A stretch of DNA of 63,851 bases, filler included, from Calcarisporiella thermophila CBS 279.70 (lineage: Eukaryota; Fungi; Calcarisporiellomycota), in NCBI RefSeq assembly GCF_041956535.1. It is 10 parts of 10 records of this genome, joined end to end, with 100 filler letters (N's around TTAATTAATTAA, not from the genome) between each part and the next. Parts side by side here need not be neighbours in the genome. Positions count along the whole stretch, not along the records: positions 9,124 to 18,397 come from NW_027192199.1; positions 18,498 to 45,004 come from NW_027192207.1; 8 more parts are not named here. One strand, 5' to 3'. The notes beneath the pieces were generated by a model, which did no database searches, had not been told where the DNA came from, and saw only the letters and a program-made list of their open reading frames with translations. This document shows, one piece after another, positions 10,921 to 21,090 of the stretch; the stretch's first letter is position 1, and each line of letters starts with the position of its first letter. Both the position numbers and the translations under genes were made by a program.

Positions 10921-13840
10921 TCATCTCATACGAGTTTCTTCTCGTAGCATCCTCTCAATTTCGCAGTTTAGTGCCCATACCCATTTGTCTCGTTCAAGAC
11001 GGGAACGAGCGCGAAAGACGAAAATTTTACCCATTTGTCCTAGCCAATGTTTTTTGCTCACGCGTGGCCGCAATTGGGAGGTAGAATACCAGCGACGCTG
11101 TCGTCCAACCCAGAGGCAAAACGTGCATTCTTCAGGCAAATCAAGACTTATTGTTCCATCAGAATAGATACGGCCAAACCTCTTTGTTTCTCCTTCAGGA
11201 TCAAAATCTATTTCTCTCCCATCATCACTTGGCATATCCTCCATTCCCCACTCTTTCCAATGCATGGTGACGGGTCGAGATTTTGACTTCCTAACTAGCC
11301 AGTTTCCTTCATCTGATAACGCTAATCTACCCGAATATACGTAGCAGTCTCGCAAGTTCAAAATCTCGCTCCGAACCCACCAAGCATTTGGAACAGCTCT
11401 TCCTGAACTTTCCCTCGTCTCTTTGAAGTTTACCAGAAAGCCATTTGCCAATATATGCATCTGCCGTTGAAATGCACGATGATGAGCATGTTTACGATAG
11501 AGAGTGCCTGACATAGTAATTGGCCTGCATCCTCCTATTACGCACCAATTCCAGAAAGAATCTAAATCTTGATTCGACGTTTCCTCTTGAAGAGATGGGT
11601 CTGCATGTTTTCGTATATCAGATTCAGATCGACGACGCCAGTATAAGCTAAGTTGATAGATGCCAATAGCCCATTTAATTGCATTATAGGAGGTGTCTGC
11701 ACGCAGCACAATATAAATTCCGTTTTTTAACTTCAACGTGAAAATCCGTGGATCCGCTGCATCATGATCGCGATTGAGCCGTACTGGAATATCTTCATTT
11801 TCCAATTCCTCCACGTAATCGTATTCTTCATGGTCACTAGTTGAAGAAGCATAGACCTCATCTATCTCTCGTAAGTCTATTACGCCGCTGACTTTCGTAA
11901 ACCACTTCATATCATCCCAAGCACTTTCCTGTTCAGGATCAAGCTCATCGCTAGTTCCATCTCGTTCTTCATCACAGTGTTGGATCCAACGTAAATTGAA
12001 AGAAGCATTTCCTTGCTGGCCCTGCATATAAAATGCTGAACATCTTCTTGATTTCTTCTCTGAGGTAGGCAAAATGAACATGCACCATTCCCGTGTAATT
12101 ATGGCGATTTTTTCACCTGCACTCAACTTTGATCCCAAGAAATCTGTATAGCTCCACAGTTGCCCTTCAACTGCTGGCGGTTCTCGCAATGTCGCGCGAT
12201 TTGAAGGCATATGAACTGAAGTGGGATAGTGATTTGCTATTCGAATTTCAAGGCGATGGGAGCGCTCAATCGCATGAACTCCAACTAGAAAATCAGCTCT
12301 TGATAATCTGCTACATTGCTCATCGCTATTAGGCGTAATCATGGTTCTCCATGCAATCCATTCCAGCCTATCTCGTCTTCGCCAACACATACTCAATACT
12401 CTTTTCTCTTCTTTCCATTTCTTTATAACTTCGCACCATTCTGGCTCCATTGCCAGGAGACCAAGTACATTCTCTATTATATGCTCCGCTGGCAGATTCT
12501 GGTCACCTGACATAAGACTTGGATAGGAAGAAATTGGGAGGCGAAGACGAACAGAAAGATCTGGTATAAAAACTTCAATCCAGTTAGGAACTGATTTGCG
12601 ATTCTGTGGCGGTAGTAAATGATGAAGTAAAAGGTAAAAATCAGACGCCAAGGTCATGCATTGGAGATGAAATAAATGGGTTTCTTGTGAATCAGTAAGT
12701 GCTATCGTTTTATCGAGTGGTGAGTTGATTCCAAGATAGTAGCTAGACAATGGGAGAGTTCGCTCAAGTTCACCCTAAACACGAAGAATATATATTATTT
12801 AGAGTTACTGGCTATATAATTAAGTATATATTATCTCACAAATTGTTTATATAACTCAATTGTTTTGTTTCGCACAACAACATCATACTCTCTCCAGGTT
12901 GAATAGATCTGAAAAGTCTTGACATCTTGCTTTGTCTGGACTGAAGATTGCGATCCGCCAAGCTCTACTCGATATAGCATACGATTAACGTACAAAATCG
13001 AATTTGATGGCGAGGAGCCACTTGCAAAATTGCGCGAGGGAACTAGAAGCGAGTAAAGAGAACTAAGGCCCGAAGGGACATTTTCCGTAGAAGCATGTGG
13101 TGAAGAAGAAATGCATTGATCACTATTTTCTTCGTTGATCGGACTTAAATCAGTGCTATCTTGTGCGGCTAGAGGTATATGCATGGAATCCTTATTTTTT
13201 AAATTTCTAGAACTTAGTCTTTGACCACTCTCCACTTCTATTCTACGTGTTGACCTAGATCCTTCTTCGTTAGGGCCCCTGCTATCTATTTCCATTTCAT
13301 CCTTCATTATAATGGTATTGGATGGCTCATCGTCTTCTTCCCTCCGCTCCAGTGTTGCTTCTGATTCCTCTCTGTTCAAGTCTTCAATCCGTATTCTTTC
13401 AATATCTGGTAAACTTTGCAAAGTTTCTTGAGCAGTATGAAAGGATTCCACTGAATTAGACCCAAGTTCTTGTTGTATTCGTTGAGTAGGTCTAGGTGTC
13501 TCATCACCTGCTAACCATAGATATCGATTTCGAATATCACGCGGACGAATGGTTGCATCGCTTGATACTGAACGAGGAGAAGATGACGCTGACCAAGCAG
13601 GAAGTCGAGCTTCTGTCAGAAATTCAGCAGATGTATCCCAGGCGGATGGAATGCGTCTCTAATAGTATATATTAACCAATAAAAATATATAAGTGCATAT
13701 ACGCGCCTGAATATTCCCCTTACTTTGTGTCGATCTCTTCTTGGTGTTGATGGTGTGGATTCAGAAACACGATTAATCCTGCTTTCTCCAAGTAATCCAT
13801 TATCGTTAAAAGGCGTCGGGGAAATAATTGGACTACCCAT
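10921..13840 (-). CDS. Spo71/Mug56-like multi-PH-domain sporulation protein (3 exons)
   Basis: MCWRRRDRLEWI, EPPAVEG, FRARSRLERDKWVWALNCEIER; intron 13659-13723 and another near 12775-12837 join the ORFs. Confidence 0.8.
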
Positions 13841-14033
13841 TGTAATGGAATGAAAAAAATTTTGAAGAAATTAGGTGATTTTTCAAATCGATACATACTT
13901 CCCCACGCCCGATAAATAGAGTCCAGTAAATTTGATCAGTTAGGTGGCGAAAATAGAAGTCATAGAGGCTTAGCATATGTTTATTTGGAAACGATTGTAC
14001 GAAATTGTCAAGTTTAAATAATATTCTTCGATA

Positions 14034-15806
14034 ATGTCACTACTTGAATCACAAGTTGATGGTCAATTTTCAGACGCAGAAGCTGTTGAGGATATCAAAG
14101 AACAAGAACGGGAGGATTTAGATCAAGAAGAAGAGGATGACTATGACGACTATGATGGTGAATGGGATGAACATGATCCTTCCGAATGGAGAAATAGTGT
14201 AACCGGCAATGGTGCAGTCCAAAGCGGTCTGGAAAAGTCAAGCTCTGTACAGAAGCTGGATCGATTCGCGAGTAGAATAAAACTAGATGATTCTATAGAC
14301 CGACATGTATCGAGCTCAGTTGCAAGTGATATTCGAGTGGGGACAAAGAAAGCATTAGGCGATAAGTGAGTATCACAATTTTCTTTGTGGATCTCCAAAG
14401 GATATTAATTAAAAATAATAAATAGACAAAGAAATACCGATAAATCTGACCGTGCAACGACCGAGCAGGTGCTTGATCCACGCACACGCATCATTTTATT
14501 CAAAATGCTTAATCGTAACATCGTTTATGAGATTAACGGATGCATCAGTACTGGAAAAGAGGCCAATGTATATCATGCTGTTACCGAGGATAATCAACAT
14601 CGAGCTATTAAAGTATACAAAACTTCGATTCTTACCTTCAAAGATCGCGATCGCTATGTAACTGGTGAATTCCGCTTCCGACATGGCTATAGTCGGCACA
14701 ATCCGCGCAAAATGGTTAAAGTATGGGCAGAAAAAGAAATGCGCAATTTGAAACGGTTGCATCAAGCTGGCATTCCATGCCCAGAACCCCTATTGTTGAA
14801 AATGCACGTTCTTTTGATGGGATTCTTGGGAGATAAAAACGGGGTGTAAGCTAACAGTTTACAAATTTGAAATAATTTTTTCTAAATAACAATTCTTCAT
14901 TTAGTGCGTATCCTCGACTAAAAGATGCACAGATCGAGCCATCTCGCTTCCCAGCTCTTTATCGGCAGCTTGTAATGAATGTCAGGCGGATGTATCAAGT
15001 GTGCCGTCTCGTACATGCTGATCTCTCCGAATATAATCTTCTCTACCATTCCCGCACTCTATATATCATAGACGTCTCCCAAAGTGTGGAGCATGATCAC
15101 CCCCATGCGCTTGAATTTTTGCGTAAGGATTTAGATAATGTTACCGAATTCTTTCGTAAGCGCGGAGTTAAAACCTTGACAATGCGAGAGCTATTTGACT
15201 TTGTGACTGACGCTGGGCTTAGTTGTGAAGAGGAACCCATGAAAGAAAAACTAGAGGGGCTAATAGAGCAATCAAAAGGTGTCGAAGAAGAAATACGTGT
15301 GGAAGAGGAAGTGTTCAAGCGCGCTTACATTCCACGGAATTTGGATGAAGTCATTGACTACGAAAGAGATGCTGAGAAAGTTGCTCGAGGGGAAGCTGAT
15401 GAGGTCTGGAAGAAGCTGCTCCATTAAAACAGCTAGAATTTAATTACTGAAATTTTTTTTATAGCTGGTATACAACAAGCTGGTCGGACTTAATATATCA
15501 AATACCCAACAGCAACAGGAACCAATAAAAATTGATCTTGGCTTGGAGGATGAAGAGGATTCTGAAGAGGAGGATAGTGCTGACACCGGGGACGAAGATG
15601 AAGAGTCAGGGGATGACGAGGGGGATGTGGACGAGAATGAAGATGAGAGAGAGAAACGACCACGGGGTAAGCGCAACGAAGATAAGCAGGCTAAAAAAGA
15701 GCGAAAAAAACAAGCCAAGGAAGAGGCAAGGGAGAGGAGAAAACATAAGATACCTAAGGCTGAAAAAAAGCGAAAGATCAAAATGAGTAAAGGAGGAAAG
15801 AAGTAA
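14034..15806 (+). CDS. RIO1: Atypical Ser/Thr kinase RIO1, multi-exon
   Basis: [60 protein letters not shown], acidic then basic C-tail. Confidence 0.97.
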
Positions 15807-16381
15807 ATATGAAAATAAAGTCCGTAATAGATTATAAAGTAGTTCGTCCGCTTCTGCTTCAACACTCAATTTCATTTCTTTCCGTTGTTTGCAAAATTCC
15901 AGCGTCTTGAAAACTGAATTATACTACAAAATGTATTATACAGAACATTGGAGAAGATTAATTCTAATTTACTAAGACGATTTTATATTTGCACGTACTT
16001 AATTCAAGCAATAGACGCTTAATGATAAGTTATCGAAATACAATCCAAAGATCTTTAGATCATACCTGCTCTACTTTTTTGCTACAATTGGAGCAGTGTA
16101 CCTCTTTCTGAAGGAAAAAAAAAAATATAAGTGACTGAGATAATCAGTGGCTATGCTCTACCAACTATTTTAATAGTAGAAATACCATTCACTATATGTT
16201 TTGACTACTGCAATATTTATGGCGTCTAGCATAATACAAAGATTTTCTTGGACTGAATTTTAATAGGTCAAATACAACGAATTAATTTCCGTCAGGGCGC
16301 GGTGTTATCTTGTGATATTATGAATTAGGATAATATAACCCCAACCTCTATAGAAATTCATCTACCAAATATTATATCATT

Positions 16382-17299
16382 ATGTCAAATCGCATGCCTG
16401 GCTACCTAGCCGATCCAACTACTACCCTCAAACTTTTGTTGATTGGCAATACAAATGTGGGAAAATCATCGATACTCTTACGATTCACTGATGACCAAGT
16501 AAAATCGCCTTTCAGTATTATTTGATACCTGAGGAATTGATCATTAACACTCCTGTAGTTCCTCCCACCAGACGAGATTAGTGCCACAATAGGAGTCGAT
16601 TTTAAAGTAAAAATATTCGAAGTGAATGGAGAAAAATATAAACTTACCATCTGGGTAGTTAGATTACTCTAATACTTGATTCTTCTTGGAATTCAATACC
16701 ATTATATATATTTCCCAAAAATAGGACACCGCTGGTCAAGAACGTTTTAGAACGCTTACATCATCTTACTATCGCGGAGCACAAGGAGTCATTCTTGGTA
16801 TATATTTTTAACCCCTAAAATTTTTGTAAACATCTCTAAATGGTATTAATCGCATTAAGTGTACGATGTGACGAGTCGTGAGACCTTCGATGCTCTCAAA
16901 AACTGGTTTGAAGAGCTCAATGCTTACTGTCCCAATCCAGACGTGGTCAAGATTATTGTCGGTAATAAAGTTGACAAAGATTCTTCGCGAGTGGTCTCAA
17001 CAAAAGAAGGCACAGAGTTGGCTCGACGCATGGATACACTTTACGTAGAATGTAGTGCAAAGACACGAGCAGGAGTGCAGGAGGCATTTGAGGAGGTCGT
17101 CCGAAAGGTAGATTGCGTATTTGGTGCTATACATACTTTCACAACTTTTCCCATATACAATTATAATCACTAATTATGACTATTTTGCATGCATCAGATC
17201 GTAGAACGACCAAGTTTATGGCAGAAACAGGAGCAAAGCAAGCCATCGGTACAAATTTCACAGCATACTTCCAACGAGCCAAGCTATTGTAGCTGTTAA
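16382..17299 (+). CDS. RAB18: Rab18 small GTPase, multi-exon
   Basis: LKLLLIGNTNVGKSSILLRFTDD, ATIGVDFKVK, DTAGQERFRTLTSSYYRGAQG, VGNKVD, ECSAKT, C-terminal CSC. Confidence 0.92.
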
Positions 17300-18012
17300 T
17301 TCGATACGTCTACCTATTTTTTCTTGATATTTTTTAGAACCTATATAACAAATTCCCCTCTATATATATACAAATCTTGGAGTATTTTCTATTTTATCTA
17401 TAAATATGATCAATTTTTATATGATTCAATTGCAAATGCTTAGTTATTCAATCGCTTTTAATATAATATAAAGCCCTTTACTACATTTCCTCTCATTACC
17501 GCAGAAATTCAAATAAAGTATAAAAACTGATTCCTAAGAGAATATTACAATGATTATTGAAAATTATTATTATATTCAGTGCTTTTTGTAAATTTCATAA
17601 GAAATAGGCCAAATCCTTGTTTTCACTCAGTATTATATGACGACTTTTCTTTTAAATCGATTCCCAATGAATGATGACTTTTACTGACGTAATTGATCGT
17701 AAAACTGGTGTAGTACTACACCAATATCGTCAAGACAAAATCCTCCTGGCCTGCCGAGTAATAATATGGTGAGATTTTATACCATTGTGTATGTGTTAGT
17801 AAGAGCAAATTCATCTTTTCTCTAAGAAAAACTCGGTCAACTTCGCCAAAAATGGTGACTACCGTGGAAATTGAACCTATTGCAATACCATATATGTTTG
17901 TATGTTTAATTAGAACAACGATCTATAACCAAGGGGAGAATTATGTTGCCAGAGAACAAATATATGAGTAGACAAGTAATGGATATCTAAAAATAAAAAC
18001 AAGATAAAAAAC

Positions 18013-18085
18013 TGCTTCCACTGAGAATCGAACTCAGGACCTTCTGCTTACTAGGCAGACGCTCTGCCAGCTGAGCCATAGAAGC
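18013..18085 (-). tRNA. tRNA-Thr(AGT)
   Basis: GCTTCTATGGCTCAGCTGGCAGAGCG-TCTGC-CTAGTAA-GCAGA-AGGTCCTGAGTTCGATTCTCAGTGGAAGCA, followed by T6. Confidence 0.96.
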
Positions 18086-18170
18086 CTATTTCTGATAAAA
18101 CGAAATGGTTTATTCAGTTTTTGTTAACAAATAAATTGAGCAGTCACAAGTGACTGAACCGGTACTAGAG

Positions 18171-18397
18171 GGGGGAGGGTTAGTGTAATGGACTATCCCT
18201 GGTATGCCGATGAGAACGGCGTGGGTTCGAATCTCACTTCCCTCACCAGCATTAACTCTTAGTTTGTGACTGCTGTCCACTTGATCAGAAATTGAGTCTT
18301 CATTATTGAAAGGATCGCTCCTACGATAAGTACAAAGATTACATCGGTTTCATGTACATGCTATTCACGACAACTGCGATACACGCATATCGATTGC
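18171..18397 (+). mobile_element. tRNA-derived SINE, 5' part (cut by contig end)
   Basis: Aligns to the reverse complement of 7805-8031 with few substitutions; A box, B box and CCA present. Confidence 0.93.
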
Positions 18398-18497
18398 NNN
18401 NNNNNNNNNNNNNNNNNNNNNNNNNNNNNNNNNNNNNNNNNTTAATTAATTAANNNNNNNNNNNNNNNNNNNNNNNNNNNNNNNNNNNNNNNNNNNN

Positions 18498-18663
18498 TTG
18501 GTTTCACGTACATGCTATTCACGACAACTACGATACACGCATATCGATTGAATGTCTATCTATCAAGGACCTATATCTCGTCATGTTAAGTCCATTGACA
18601 TTAACCTCATGTAATATATGGAAATTAAATAAAAGTTTCCATTGATTGATCAAAAAAAAAAAA
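18498..18663 (+). mobile_element. tRNA-derived SINE, 3' part with poly(A)
   Basis: Aligns to the reverse complement of 7691-7858; ends TTGATTGATC-A12. Confidence 0.93.
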
Positions 18664-18679
18664 TAGGGTATAACACGGA

Positions 18680-18831
18680 AAGTCGATATGACCAACATAT
18701 CATTTCGATCTACGATATCACACAAAGCTTTAACTTTGGCTTCCCTTTCACTTTATTGCTTATAATAATGTAACAATTGTATTTTAGAGTCTTCCTATAC
18801 AATAAAGACTCGGCATTGATCAAAAAAAAAA
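18680..18831 (+). mobile_element. 5'-truncated 3' end of a second non-LTR family
   Basis: Ends GAGTCTT-loop-AAGACTC...ATTGATC-A10; TSD TAGGGTATAACACGGA at 18664-18679 and 18832-18847. Confidence 0.8.
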
Positions 18832-19329
18832 TAGGGTATAACACGGATATAGCTGATTTATCACTGATGCTGGCTTCAAAAGTCGGTATTATTGTAACTG
18901 GACAGTTAATAGCAGTTGATGAAGATATGCGGATATAGTTGTTAATATCCTAGCACTCTTTGAAGCAATAATAATGTGGGTGTAGTTTGAAAACAAAATC
19001 AGTAGTGATCTCATAGTTTTTTACAATTTGGGGAGTATTGATTTTTTTTAGCTATTTGTAAAAGGACGACTCATCCACACTTATTAGATAAGATAATGTT
19101 TTCAACTGTTATTTTGTTGTAATATCTCTTAAAAAATACATTTGGTTTTGATATTTAAAAGTGCCTCCCAGAAGTTTGATGACATCTTAATATTTTTATA
19201 TTCAATCCAAATATTCCTTCAGAAACGACTCCAATATACAGAACGTTTTTACTACTGAAAAACTCGTACCGCCATTCCCCGGCAAACAATGGGGTACTCA
19301 TTGCAAAGTCTTATTTCGAGAATTATTAA

Positions 19330-19593
19330 TTTATCTCGGAAAATTTCAATTCTATCATATTGCGCTTGAAGGGCATGGAGAGTAATTGTAGACTGATACA
19401 TTGTGGAATTATCTTGCACAATTTTGTTGAATCCTTTGGAGATGAGTGGGAGGTTGATGAGGGGAATATATTGGAAGAAATGGATGATGAATTGACCTAT
19501 AATATGGATTATGACAGAAGTGCTCGTGCTTTGGGAAAAGAAAAGCGAAGCAACTTGTTGACAGAGGTGCTATTAAGAAACGGCTACGATTAA
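19330..19593 (+). pseudogene. PIF/Harbinger transposase C-terminal relic
   Basis: CRLIHCGIILHNF followed by an acidic stretch and GKEKR; convergent with a Myb/SANT gene as in Harbingers. Confidence 0.7.
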
Positions 19594-20428
19594 CCATTCA
19601 ATGTATATATGACACAATACAAGGGTATTCATTTTGTTAAGCTTGGGTTCAATGTACTAAATATTCGTGGTTGTAATTTATCATTTGATCATACTGTAAT
19701 CACTTTCATAATTAATTCTTAATCAAATATAATTCGGTGCACTTTCCATAATAATGTAGTAGGTGCTAACTGGTAATCCGGTTCCTTAGAAAGACTAGGA
19801 TGCTTTATTGAATTGGACTTATGATTACCATACACGTACTAACACAATTACATTACCAGTGAATTGTTCGGAAATTATTAGGAAATTAATATAGGTGAAG
19901 ACAAGAGTTAAACGAATTAATGAGTTGAAGTTAATGGCTAAAAGTTAGATAGTACGAAAATGAACAAGCCGTTGTACTTTACTCATCCTCCTGCGCTCTA
20001 TTTCTATTTAGCTTCTTCATTTCAATATCTAACCTCTTATTATTAAATTTAATTTCTTCAGTGATCCGAATTCTCTCCAACTCCATATTATTTCGTTCCA
20101 ATTCTAGCTTTTGGTTAAGCAATCGTAACTTCTCTATCTCCGCCTCATAACTCAAGTGTGCCTGGCTTTCCTCTTTACGACGCTTCGACTCCCTTTCGTC
20201 TGCCATTATATTTACATATTCATTAAGTACTTCCATCGTATTCTTTGAACGTTTTCCACTAGATTTAGCAATTTGAGATTTTGTTCGATTGCTAACAGAC
20301 GTTGGTGGGGTTGCTGTAACAGTTCTGAGACTGTTAATGATTCGGATTCTTATTGAATATATGAAAAGTGGTCTTAATTCAATTAGAATAATGGACAAAA
20401 TGGACAAATGGACAAAGGTTGGCCAAAG

Positions 20429-20493
20429 AATGGGCAAACAATGGGCAAACAATGGGCAAACAATGGGCAAACAATGGGCAAACAATGGGCAAA
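20429..20493. repeat. 11-bp tandem repeat AATGGGCAAAC x6 in LTR (also about 21697-21761)
   Basis: Direct reading. Confidence 0.95.
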
Positions 20494-20805
20494 GAATCAT
20501 AAACAAAGATCGAGGCTTAAATAGTAAACAAGATAAACCTTAATCAGCGTGGGAACCAATGAGCATATAAAAGGAAATATTGAATCAGGATAGAGAGATG
20601 GTGGCTTGGTCCTGTTACATTACTCTCCTCCCGGTGAAAGAGCTGTCTCAGCGATTCAAATTGGAACTAAGGTGCTGATAGCTTGATTTCGATACTGCAC
20701 CTGGTAGGTCTGGTTGCAGTGAATATAGTTGTGGGCAAGAGATTGTTAATCGTTAGGGCGCTGCAAGCATTGGAGCATGTTGTGGACTGTAGAAAGAAAA
20801 GAAGT

Positions 20806-21090
20806 GTGTGCGCTGGGGCACGAGTTGATTGACGTTAATAGTCAAGTGTGTGGTGCGCTGGGGCACAGAGTTGTTGACGTTAGAAGTCATGAGAAGGTAG
20901 GTGCGCTAGGGCACGAGATGAGTGACTTAGGAAGTCGTGAGTTGTGTGCGCAGGGGCACGAGTTGAACGACGTTGGAAGCCGTGTAGTTGGTGCGCTGGG
21001 GCACAGATTGAGTGACTTGGGAAGCCGTGAGGTTGGTGCGCTGGGGCACGGGTTAAGTGACTTAGGAAGTCGTGGAGATGGTGCGCTTGG
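20806..21090. repeat. About 42-bp tandem repeat (about 7 units) in LTR-element internal region
   Basis: Unit approx. GGTGCGCTGGGGCACGAGTTGAGTGACTTAGGAAGTCGTGAG. Confidence 0.9.

Noticed and set aside
18345-18550. One SINE copy spanning the linker
   Set aside because: The overlapping ends differ at several bases and the outer flanks form no TSD; treated as separate copies.
20806-21090. CRISPR-like array
   Set aside because: No unique spacers, eukaryotic context, no cas genes; same for 61080-61367.
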